63,785 nt of DNA from a virus (lineage: Duplodnaviria > Caudoviricetes). The position numbers and the translations under genes are program-made. The stretch lies in the IMG/VR virus record IMGVR_UViG_3300032157_000216, positions 1-63,785 of that record, one strand, 5' to 3'. The notes under the pieces are model-generated. The model did not search any database and was not told the DNA's origin. It saw only the letters and a program-made list of their open reading frames with translations. Shown here piece after piece: positions 23,955-32,677 of the stretch; positions within the stretch are counted from its first letter, which is position 1; each line of letters begins with the position of its first letter.

Positions 23955-24029
23955 TGGTGGAGGCCGTCGGTATCGAACCGAACTAGACAGCAATCTTGCA
24001 AGGATCACCCGCAGCCCTCTGCTGCCCCC
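23955..24029 (-). tRNA. tRNA-Ala(TGC), compact non-canonical fold
   Basis: G3:U70, A73, no acceptor-D linker, GTGATC-CTTGCAA-GATTGC 6-bp stem; CCA. Confidence 0.75.
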
Positions 24030-24040
24030 ATAAATAAAAT

Positions 24041-24172
24041 TCTTGAGACTATTTTTCAATAGTTGTCGTCTCGAAAGAGCGAGTTTTAACAAACCATACT
24101 TCACGTTAAAACCAGTGCCTGGCTTTCGCCGGCATCGTTACTTGGGACTCTAGCACTTCGTCTATCTCAAGA
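24041..24172 (-). ncRNA. Putative structured ncRNA
   Basis: TCTTGAGA/TCTCAAGA terminal stem; two GAAA-capped hairpins; GTTTTAAC/GTTAAAAC arm. Confidence 0.55.
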
Positions 24173-24177
24173 AAAAT

Positions 24178-24262
24178 TGGTGGACCCTGATAGATTTGAA
24201 CTACCGAAACCAGAAGGTGCCATCTTCACTGATGGTGGGTTTGCCCGCTCCCCTAAAGGCCC
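24178..24262 (-). ncRNA. tRNA-like RNA with an Ala-type acceptor and a 6-nt loop
   Basis: GGGCCTT/AGGGTCC (G3:U70), A73, CCA; CCATC-AGTGAA-GATGG. Confidence 0.65.
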
Positions 24263-24269
24263 ATAAACT

Positions 24270-24357
24270 TGGTGTGTCTTGATGGAATCGAACCACTTGC
24301 CTACCTCCCACCTTATTTTGGCTACAGTTTTACAGACTGCAAGCGGGGACAAGACAC
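24270..24357 (-). tRNA. D-armless tRNA-Tyr(GTA)-like gene
   Basis: 8-bp acceptor, TGCAGT-CTGTAAA-ACTGTA, large V loop, 4-bp T stem; CCA. Confidence 0.7.
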
Positions 24358-24520
24358 ATAAACATAATATTTCTTAAAAACTAATTCATAATTCTTAAAA
24401 AATATGCATACACGTCGTATGCCTGTCTCTTGATAGTTGATACTATCTCCAGAACCCCCTGCTCATTGCTGCGCTTTATTATAGTGTATTGCTGTTATAC
24501 AGGTATACTTACACTCTTTT

Positions 24521-25075
24521 CTATTCGTTTACGGAATAGAAAATATTTAAGGAAGTCGTAACATCAATCTTAAACCATTCGCCAACTCTTTTAAGAGTAG
24601 ACAGATTCATTTTATCTATGATAAAAGATTCCATCTTTCTACGATCAGTTACCCATCGAAGTCCTACAATAGCATATCGTTTTTCAGGATCATATTGATT
24701 ATAGACGCTAAGTCTCTTTTCATAATCAAAAGCCATTCCAACTTTGACCCAACCTGGAAATGATTCATTCTCAATCAAATAAACAAAACCTTCTTTAATC
24801 AAAGTCTGTTCACCGTGAACTCGAATTTCGTCTTTATATTTTTGACGATTATCCAGGAGTTTTCTATATAATATTTCTTCGTTAGTAACCATTGGTTTAG
24901 TTACTGGTCTTACTTTCTCCTTAAAATTTACAATTCTCTTCTTAGATTCGATTATCTTAATCTTATCTTTCTTTTTCTTCTTAAGTTGCCCAGTTTCGAT
25001 CAAAAATCTATTATGGATCTTTGTTTTATAGTAAAGATCAGCATAATTACCAATGCTCGAAATTTTCTTACTCAT
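24521..25075 (-). CDS. T5orf172-type (GIY-YIG superfamily) protein
   Basis: GFVYLIEN..FPGWVKVG.A....KRL..YN and GEWF; start moved to MSKK, downstream of the terminator. Confidence 0.75.
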   Translation of the reverse strand: MSKKISSIGNYADLYYKTKIHNRFLIETGQLKKKKKDKIKIIESKKRIVNFKEKVRPVTKPMVTNEEILYRKLLDNRQKYKDEIRVHGEQTLIKEGFVYLIENESFPGWVKVGMAFDYEKRLSVYNQYDPEKRYAIVGLRWVTDRRKMESFIIDKMNLSTLKRVGEWFKIDVTTSLNIFYSVNE

Positions 25076-25088
25076 ATATTTAATATCA

Positions 25089-25120
25089 ACAAAAAAGCCG
25101 CTTAGTTTCCTATGCGGCTT
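25089..25120 (-). terminator. Attenuator terminator
   Basis: AAGCCGC...GCGGCTT followed by TTTTGTT; its 5' arm is shared with the antiterminator. Confidence 0.85.
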
Positions 25121-25151
25121 CCTTTTATAAGTGTTCTGGATACTTTTATCT

Positions 25152-25313
25152 TTAGTTTCCAGACTCCTTGTAGAAGGAAGCCATCGTAATTGGATCTTGT
25201 TCATTACTAGGTGTGAACCCAAACGACCAATAACCTTTGCCGGCGCAGAGGCGCTTGGAGGCTAAGGCCACCATATGCATCTCATTAGCAGTTTTCAGTT
25301 GTCGTTCAATCAT
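25152..25313 (-). CDS. Putative 53 aa attenuator leader peptide containing all 20 amino acids
   Basis: MIERQLKTANEMHMVALASKRLCAGKGYWSFGFTPSNEQDPITMASFYKESGN; its 3' codons form one arm of an antiterminator. Confidence 0.7.
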   Translation of the reverse strand: MIERQLKTANEMHMVALASKRLCAGKGYWSFGFTPSNEQDPITMASFYKESGN

Positions 25314-25430
25314 TTTAGTCTTTCAAAATCTCAAGTTAAGTTAAGGTTTGTAAACTTTCGTTTACATAAAGTTATTTATCATCTTAGGTAAAAACACCGT
25401 ATTATTTGTGTCTTTTCCCATCAAGCCGCA

Positions 25431-25459
25431 AGTTTAACAAGTTATAGTTAGTCTGTCAA
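25431..25459 (-). promoter_or_regulatory. Sigma70-type promoter (proximal) for the leader and tRNA cluster
   Basis: TTGACA-17 nt-TAAACT followed by GC-rich TGCGGC. Confidence 0.75.
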
Positions 25460-25523
25460 GTTACTCAAGTTATCTTCTTAGAGACAGACATATTGCTTGC
25501 GCTATATTTATTTATCATCTGTG

Positions 25524-25552
25524 ATTCTAACGTTGTTTTAGATAGGTGTCAA
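25524..25552 (-). promoter_or_regulatory. Sigma70-type promoter (distal) for the leader and tRNA cluster
   Basis: TTGACA-17 nt-TAGAAT. Confidence 0.75.
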
Positions 25553-25822
25553 GCTCAATTTACGCTTGGCTTTAAAGTTTTTACTCATTTATTTATTCAA
25601 CAGCACCATAAAACAACAGTAACAAATAGCGATAGAGGACGGCAACATACCGTTACACCCTGCCTACTTCATATCTTTTTACCCTGGCAGCTATTTGTAT
25701 TATGCACACTACACACTAATATGTCTAGTGTTCATCAAAACCATCTTGCTTTGTATTGGTCCCGGAGTTTGACGTTACTCTATCCGAACTCGAACATACG
25801 CCGCAACAAGTCTCTACTATAT

Positions 25823-26506
25823 TTATACAGTTGTGCTCTTGTCAACTACTTCAGCAACTTCAGTTGGTTTCCATTCAAAAACAGAAGTTCCAATATGATA
25901 AATCTCTCTTGAGGCATCACAATCAACAGCAATAATATACCCAAATTCAATTAATTTTCGACAGAAATTAAAATCTTCACCGAGATAATCATTAATTTCA
26001 GCATCATATGTTATTGGAAACCAAGGCTTTTGAACATCATATAATACACTAGTCTTTACCAGAGCGCATCCTAAACCAACACCCTCAACAGAAATAATTC
26101 CAGTTTCGTCAGTACTAATAAATGAATTCCAATTTCCAAGTTCACTATAAGCAACACATTTTCTAGGCAATGTTCTAGTAGAATAATTACAGGCTATAAA
26201 ATCGAGATTATGTGATAGTAAAGTTTCGCCAATTGTCTTTGGAAACATCATATCACTGTCTAACCAAAGTATATGAGTTGCTCCAATTTCTAATGCCTTA
26301 TCAGCTATCTTTTCTCTTTGATTACCAATGAGCGTTCCCATATTAAATTCGACCTGTGTATCAATTCCACGACGTGCATGATACTCGACAATCTCTTGTA
26401 AACAATATGCAAAATGACTATACATCATATCTCTACAAGGAACACCGAGAAGAATTTTAACCTTTGGTTTTGATAAAGTTGGAATAAAAGTATCTTGTAT
26501 ACTCAT
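25823..26506 (-). CDS. GT-A fold glycosyltransferase-like protein
   Basis: HILWLDSDM (DxD), GLGCALVK and GEDFNFC. Confidence 0.75.
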   Translation of the reverse strand: MSIQDTFIPTLSKPKVKILLGVPCRDMMYSHFAYCLQEIVEYHARRGIDTQVEFNMGTLIGNQREKIADKALEIGATHILWLDSDMMFPKTIGETLLSHNLDFIACNYSTRTLPRKCVAYSELGNWNSFISTDETGIISVEGVGLGCALVKTSVLYDVQKPWFPITYDAEINDYLGEDFNFCRKLIEFGYIIAVDCDASREIYHIGTSVFEWKPTEVAEVVDKSTTV

Positions 26507-26982
26507 TTGTGTCTTGGCATATTTTCTGGAATTGGTGCAATCGACATCGCTTCAGCATATGATGAAATCATTACCAATTTAGTTGTAATTCCAGCTGCAA
26601 TTTGCATTATCATTCTGAAATCTTCTTCCTCAACACATAATAGCAACTCTAATGTTTCAGGACGAATTCTACCATACGAATTAATTTCAATTGCTGATCT
26701 TCTTGCAAGTTCATTTATCCAATATTTAGATTCAACAAACTCAAGATCATTTAGCTCATTCTTATCATATTCTGATAACTTATCATCAATCATCTCGATT
26801 AACTTGATATATTCTTTTTTCTTATATTCAAATTTTGTTTCTGCAAGAGCAGAAGTTGCTAACTCTTTTCTTTTTAAAAGATCAGCAATCATATGTGGAA
26901 CAGAATGATGTGCTCCAATTATAAATGTATCAAAATAATATTGAGTTGAAGGGATATCTATTAAAGGATTAGATGTACTCAT
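26503..26982 (-). CDS. Hypothetical protein
   Basis: 159 aa ORF overlapping the glycosyltransferase start by 4 nt. Confidence 0.7.
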   Translation of the reverse strand: MSTSNPLIDIPSTQYYFDTFIIGAHHSVPHMIADLLKRKELATSALAETKFEYKKKEYIKLIEMIDDKLSEYDKNELNDLEFVESKYWINELARRSAIEINSYGRIRPETLELLLCVEEEDFRMIMQIAAGITTKLVMISSYAEAMSIAPIPENMPRHK

Positions 26983-27016
26983 AGTTATATTTATACTTAA
27001 TCAAACAGATCAAGTA

Positions 27017-27217
27017 TTAATATGTGAACGGAGTAGTGCGACCACCAAAGGTCGCACTAAAGGCTGTATTTATGGCACCACGACCAATCTGTGCATTGAG
27101 GCTTATACCTGCTGAACCACCGAAACTAACATTCTGACCTCCAGGTGCTACATTATTATATGCTTGGCCAGCCCTACCCATAGAAATTTGAGATCCACTT
27201 GGTGGTAAAACACCCAT
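27017..27217 (-). CDS. Small Gly-rich protein, probably virion-associated
   Basis: 66 aa ORF with a GAGGA RBS directly after the fibre gene. Confidence 0.65.
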   Translation of the reverse strand: MGVLPPSGSQISMGRAGQAYNNVAPGGQNVSFGGSAGISLNAQIGRGAINTAFSATFGGRTTPFTY

Positions 27218-27220
27218 ATA

Positions 27221-30200
27221 TTATCCTCTCAAAGACTTAATTTCGACTTTAAGACTTTCAACTTTTTCGTTAAGCTCTTTTATTGCTTCAATTAGAAGAC
27301 CAACCATATTACCGTATGCAACAGTTTTTTTATCTACTATATCATCTTCTTTAGGTGGTTCGGCTCCGGGACCTATGATAGAAACAACTTCTGGTAAAAT
27401 TTCTTCAACCTCCTGAGCTATAACACCAATATGTCTTTTAGTATCATCACCTAAATCAGTTCTATTAAATGATACTCCTCGAAGTTGTAAAACTTTATTT
27501 AGTGCATCAGGTATAACTTCGATATTTTTCTTTACTCTAATATCAGAATAAGCTATCACATCACCGCCTACAACTAAACTTGAAGAAGGCATACTATAAT
27601 TTACACTATCAAAATATAAATATCTACCAGTATTACCGAGAAAGATAACACCTGTCGCTGGGCTTGATGTTCTCGAAACATTAATATCACCTGCCGTACC
27701 ATTTGGGCCTGATGCTCCAACACCAAGAGAATTTAGTATCTGAACTCTACCATCATATGTTACTGTAAATACCGCCGATGTGGCACCATTGGCAACAACA
27801 AGTGAAAGGTTTCCGCCGGCGGCTGAACCATTATCCCAATTTAAATAAACAGTATTACCAGTGCCCGCAGCATTAATATGAAAATTAGGTGTTAAGCGAA
27901 TTGCATTATTTGTTGGTGTAAGACCGCCTATTGTTGTAATAGATCCACCGATCGAAAGACCACCCTTTGTATAAAAGTTACCAGAAGTATCACTTTGAAA
28001 TCTATATACGCTTGTACCATCAGACCAGCCACCAAGTCTAAACCAATTATCAGAGTCAAGACCCATATTTAATCCAAAAGCTGTATTACGAAATGATAAA
28101 GTTCCGGTGGAAGTCGTTGGTGACCCTGTAATTAAATATCCGGAGTTAGTATTAACTCCTACAGCACCAGTAGTGCTAAAATACTGAACACCGGTCCAAG
28201 TATTAGATGATGCTTGGGCAGTTGCTGATAATGCATTTGTTGATGATGAAGTTCCAGATAATGTTGCGGTAATTGTACCAGCAGAGAAATTACCGCTTGA
28301 ATCACGTATTACAACCTTACTTGCTGTATTAGCACTTGCTGTATCATTCAATGTCAATACCTGATACCAATTCATAGCTGTAGTACCAAGAGTATCTGTT
28401 GTCTTAAATGTGGTAGCAAATTTCAAACCACCCTGTGCTGTTCCTTGATCAATATTAACTGCGCCACCTCCAATTTCAGAAGAGGTATCAGCATCTGTCG
28501 TTCTAGTTAAAAGAATTGCTGAGCCAACACCAGACACAACATAAATTCCATTATCATTAGCACCAGTACCAGCGACACCACTGGTACTATCTTTAACAAG
28601 AATACGATCATTATTAGCAAATGTAATACCATCAATTGTTAATGCAGTTCCACCAACAGTAAGTGTAGTCGCGGTGCGAGCCGTTATTACTGTCACCGCG
28701 GTAGTTGCTGCTTTGACAGATTTCTTTACCCAAGAGTCTGGAAGATATGTAAGATCAATAGTTGCCCAAGTCGGTGCGGACGCCACATTACTTATTAGAA
28801 CTTGATTTTGTGTACCAGCTGCTGTACTTCCATATTGAGTTGCACTTGAACCATAAATCACTCCACCTGCGACTGGAGCGGCAGAACCCGAATAGATAGT
28901 TCCGGTTGTTGGTAAGGTAATACTAGTTGTATTGGTAACATTAAGTGTGGTAGCGAATGCACCAGTTGTGGTAAGATTACCAGCAAGTGTAATTGTTCTG
29001 CCTGTGTTGGCAACACCAGTACCACCATATTGTCCAGCAATCACACTTGCATTCCAAGTACCTGTAGTAACTGTACCTAAAGTAGTAAGAGATGCAGATC
29101 CAGCAAGAGGTGAAGCTCCAAGTGTATTATATGAAAGAGTTTGTGCGGTACTACCATTAAATGTAGTACCTGATGCAGCACCAGAACCACTGTTATTCAT
29201 CGTCAATGCATTTGTTGTATTCGCAGTGATTGTAATATCTGCAGATCCATTGAATGAAACTGTATTGATAAGCCTTGCAGTTTGTAAAGTAGTCGCGGTG
29301 GTAGCATTACCAGTTAATGCGCCCGTGAAAGTTGTAGCCGAAACAGATGTAAGTCCAGACGGAGTGCTTGACCATGCAGGTGCTGATGCACCACCGATTA
29401 GTACCTGACTTGCTGTTCCGGCAGTCAGGAATGCAGTTGTATTTGCAGCTGATTGATATACTAATGCTCCTGTTGTTCCACCTGTTATATTTGTTGCAGA
29501 TGATGCTGAAATTGTAGCAGTTGAAACTGCTGTAATCAATCCTTTAGCATTTACGGTAATAATAGGCACCACTGTGGCTGAACCAAATGAACCTGTGTTC
29601 GAATTGACTGTTGCAAGTGTTAATGGAATTGATGCTGCGGCTGATCCATCGAAAGTACCCGATGTACCAGTTGCATCACCAGTTGCAGAAATTGTTCTAC
29701 CAGTTTGTAAAGTTGTTGCAGTTGTTGCATTTCCAGACAATGCTGCTGTAATAGTACCGGCTGCAAAATTTCCGCTTCCATCACGTAATACAAGTTTATT
29801 AATAGTATTGGTACTTGTAGCATCATTTGAACTTAAGAGTTGATACCAATTCATTGCTGTAGTGCCAACTGTACTTGTTGTCTTGAAATCGTTAGTGAAA
29901 ACTAATCCACCATTAACTGTTCCTTGGTCAACATTAACTGTTGCACCACCCAATTCACTTGCCGTATCAGCATCTGAAGATCTAGTGAAAACAACTGATG
30001 TTCCAATACCAGATACGACATAAATACCGTTATCATGAAGACCAGAACCAGTTCCGCTGGTGCTATTCTTAACTAAAACACGATCACCGTTTACTAACGC
30101 TACACCATCATACGTAAGGGCAGTTCCACCAATTGTTAATGTGGTTGCTGTTCTTGCTGTAATTGGTTGAATCGCTGTAGATGCAACACGTACTGCTTTC

Positions 30201-31258
30201 TTTACCCAGGCATCCGGAATATATGTTAAATCGAGAGTTGTCCAGGTCGGTGCTGCTGCTGCGTTACTGGTTAATACTTGATTCTGTGTACCGACCGCCG
30301 TACTTCCATACTGAGTTGCACTTGAACCATAAATCACTCCACCTACAACCGGAGCGGCAGAACCCGAATAGATAGTTCCGGTTGTTGGCAAAGTTATCGA
30401 TGTGTTACCAGTAATAGTAAATGTAGTTGTGAATGCTCCAGTAGTAGTTAATTTTCCACCAAGTGCTAAATTGGCTGCTGCAAGATTTCCTGTTACAGTT
30501 AAATTTCCGGAATCAGTCAATGTTAATATAATTGTACTATATGCACTATTACCAACTTCTAAATTACCAGAACTAGAACGAATATATTTGTTCGGGGTAC
30601 CACCAGTTCCTACTAGTTTTATATTAGGACCATTTGCACCTAGATCGGTAACAGTTATAGAACCTGTTGAACCGGAAGTGGTTACAGATACTATACCCCC
30701 AAAATTATGTGTTCCTGCGGTATAAGAAATGAAACCAGTATCTACAGTCGAATTAGTATTAGTAGCACCAATAAACCCTTGTCGGATACCACCAGTTGCT
30801 GACATAAATTCGAGAAATCCCGAAATTGTAGCATTACCTGGTTGCATATTAATAAATCCATCTGTAGAAGTAGAAGATCTTGCTTGTACAATAGTTCTAC
30901 CTGTAATAGTTCCCGGAACTATCAATCCAGAATTATTCAATGTGGCAATATTGGTTATACCAGAATACCATTTATGTGATGCTGTTGCATCCTTTACAGA
31001 ATACCACATCGCATCGGTTTCGATACCAAGAGCATAATCTACCGAAGAAGCACCAACAGAAGGATATAAAACTAATTTCGTACCGGCACTTCGTGTATTA
31101 AATGTTGGAGGACCAATTCCGCTTGTGGTCCAAGTTATAGGAACGCTAAGTGATATATTAGAAGAGGTATCAACTTGCCACGCAACACCATTCCATTTCC
31201 ATGTTGTGCCGCTAAATGTATATAGCTGGTTTAATGCCGGAGAACTAGGAAAATCCAT
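27221..31258 (-). CDS. Tail fibre protein with a C-terminal intramolecular chaperone (peptidase S74) domain
   Basis: Thr/Gly/Ala-rich repeats; YSDIRVKKNI, GVIAQEVE and VAYGNMVGLLIEAIKEL. Confidence 0.85.
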   Translation of the reverse strand: MDFPSSPALNQLYTFSGTTWKWNGVAWQVDTSSNISLSVPITWTTSGIGPPTFNTRSAGTKLVLYPSVGASSVDYALGIETDAMWYSVKDATASHKWYSGITNIATLNNSGLIVPGTITGRTIVQARSSTSTDGFINMQPGNATISGFLEFMSATGGIRQGFIGATNTNSTVDTGFISYTAGTHNFGGIVSVTTSGSTGSITVTDLGANGPNIKLVGTGGTPNKYIRSSSGNLEVGNSAYSTIILTLTDSGNLTVTGNLAAANLALGGKLTTTGAFTTTFTITGNTSITLPTTGTIYSGSAAPVVGGVIYGSSATQYGSTAVGTQNQVLTSNAAAAPTWTTLDLTYIPDAWVKKAVRVASTAIQPITARTATTLTIGGTALTYDGVALVNGDRVLVKNSTSGTGSGLHDNGIYVVSGIGTSVVFTRSSDADTASELGGATVNVDQGTVNGGLVFTNDFKTTSTVGTTAMNWYQLLSSNDATSTNTINKLVLRDGSGNFAAGTITAALSGNATTATTLQTGRTISATGDATGTSGTFDGSAAASIPLTLATVNSNTGSFGSATVVPIITVNAKGLITAVSTATISASSATNITGGTTGALVYQSAANTTAFLTAGTASQVLIGGASAPAWSSTPSGLTSVSATTFTGALTGNATTATTLQTARLINTVSFNGSADITITANTTNALTMNNSGSGAASGTTFNGSTAQTLSYNTLGASPLAGSASLTTLGTVTTGTWNASVIAGQYGGTGVANTGRTITLAGNLTTTGAFATTLNVTNTTSITLPTTGTIYSGSAAPVAGGVIYGSSATQYGSTAAGTQNQVLISNVASAPTWATIDLTYLPDSWVKKSVKAATTAVTVITARTATTLTVGGTALTIDGITFANNDRILVKDSTSGVAGTGANDNGIYVVSGVGSAILLTRTTDADTSSEIGGGAVNIDQGTAQGGLKFATTFKTTDTLGTTAMNWYQVLTLNDTASANTASKVVIRDSSGNFSAGTITATLSGTSSSTNALSATAQASSNTWTGVQYFSTTGAVGVNTNSGYLITGSPTTSTGTLSFRNTAFGLNMGLDSDNWFRLGGWSDGTSVYRFQSDTSGNFYTKGGLSIGGSITTIGGLTPTNNAIRLTPNFHINAAGTGNTVYLNWDNGSAAGGNLSLVVANGATSAVFTVTYDGRVQILNSLGVGASGPNGTAGDINVSRTSSPATGVIFLGNTGRYLYFDSVNYSMPSSSLVVGGDVIAYSDIRVKKNIEVIPDALNKVLQLRGVSFNRTDLGDDTKRHIGVIAQEVEEILPEVVSIIGPGAEPPKEDDIVDKKTVAYGNMVGLLIEAIKELNEKVESLKVEIKSLRG

Positions 31259-32676
31259 TAGAACAAGAGTATCCTAAAGAGTGTTGGTTGTGTTGCTGTA
31301 ATATAATATATCCAGCGAATAACTGTTGCACCATCTGTATATACAATATCAAACAACCGATCTCCTATCGCCGCAGCTCCTTGTGTATACCAGAGATGTG
31401 AAACTGCGTCTAAATTGTAACCAGGAACATCAAAAGCCACTATACGACCAGTTGTTAGCATCGCATAGATCTTATCTTGTATATAAGAATAAGATGTACC
31501 AGCCACCATCGTATCAACTTTTGGAGCGTATGCAATATCATTCTCCCATGCGTTTGTAGTGATGTTGTATCTATCCATCACAGCAGTAGTACCACGAAAT
31601 GAATAGATAAAATTACCATTCAAGAAACCCAATGGTTGAGTGGTAGCACTTTCATCTTTCCAAGCAGGATTTGTGACATCATAAATCCAAGTAGCACTCA
31701 TACCAGCAACAGCCGCGCCGGCTCTTGCCACACCCGGAGACACAGTAGCCCATGAGTTACCAGCAAGGCTATATTTGTACATTGTTATTGCGTTATTCCC
31801 CAAGAAATAAAGATTATCATCGTTACCTTCAATTACGTATTCTGATGTAGCATCAGGTGTTATAGTCCACGCAACAGAAACAGTTAATGCTGTCGCCGTA
31901 TTCGATGAAATTGTTCTGAATTGACCTGCTCCTGTACCAGCAGTAATTCGAGTTTGGTAATTTGTCCAAGTATTAACAACCCAGTTCTTGCTGGTGTTAT
32001 TGAGAGTTGTTGTTGTGTTCGTACCAGTTGATGTACCTGTAACGAAGCTTATCCATCCGCCCGGTGTTGACACTAACTTTCCATCTGTACCAATCGTTGC
32101 TGGAAGGCCAGTTTGAGTTGCATTAGTCCAAACGTTAGTTGCGAAATCATAATATTTGAAGGAACCAGCGGCTAAAGTACCGGCGTTTATGACCCAGACG
32201 CGCCCGCTCATGATAATGAATTCTGAAGCAGTTGTAATGGTTGTCAACGTCGTGGTGAATGTAACAACGGAGTTAGCACCAACGGTATTCGACTTAATAG
32301 TTGCTTCAGTACCAGCATTAGGTCCAGCGATAAAACGAACCTTATAACCATCCAGACTGCGTTGGATGTTTAAGTTTGTCGTCATTGTTGTGGTTGTGCC
32401 AGCAGTTGGGAAGCCGCGCGGACCGTAGATATGACGAGCACCACAAGAACCGGCACCAAAAGTACCAGCTAAAGCCGGTGATGGAAGTTGGATCCAACCG
32501 TCTTCGGTTGGATCATACATGTATGCTGTGGTCGCATTGACAATGTAGAATTGGTATTGATCTCCCGAATTGCTGGAAACAACAAACGAACCGGCCTGTG
32601 AGTTCACAGGAGCTAAGTTGCACATTTCCCATTGCTTGCGGTCTAATATTCTTCTAAGATTTACTGTTGTTGGCAT
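31258..32676 (-). CDS. Kelch-like beta-propeller virion protein
   Basis: Repeated Y..Y......W blades; located in the fibre operon. Confidence 0.6.
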   Translation of the reverse strand: MPTTVNLRRILDRKQWEMCNLAPVNSQAGSFVVSSNSGDQYQFYIVNATTAYMYDPTEDGWIQLPSPALAGTFGAGSCGARHIYGPRGFPTAGTTTTMTTNLNIQRSLDGYKVRFIAGPNAGTEATIKSNTVGANSVVTFTTTLTTITTASEFIIMSGRVWVINAGTLAAGSFKYYDFATNVWTNATQTGLPATIGTDGKLVSTPGGWISFVTGTSTGTNTTTTLNNTSKNWVVNTWTNYQTRITAGTGAGQFRTISSNTATALTVSVAWTITPDATSEYVIEGNDDNLYFLGNNAITMYKYSLAGNSWATVSPGVARAGAAVAGMSATWIYDVTNPAWKDESATTQPLGFLNGNFIYSFRGTTAVMDRYNITTNAWENDIAYAPKVDTMVAGTSYSYIQDKIYAMLTTGRIVAFDVPGYNLDAVSHLWYTQGAAAIGDRLFDIVYTDGATVIRWIYYITATQPTLFRILLF

Positions 32677-32677
32677 A

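Noticed and set aside
6638-24357. Short ORF-track entries across tRNA and ncRNA regions (for example 8569, 9448, 12359, 12413, 15915, 18057, 18435, 21817, 23916, 24167)
   Set aside because: They overlap clear tRNA or structured-RNA genes and lack RBS or protein motifs.
24178-24357. tmRNA
   Set aside because: There is an Ala-type acceptor, but no tag reading frame or pseudoknot region of adequate length.
25076-25222. N-terminal extension of the 24521 ORF given in the track
   Set aside because: It runs through the terminator and overlaps the leader ORF in another frame; MSKK at 25075 is the more plausible start.
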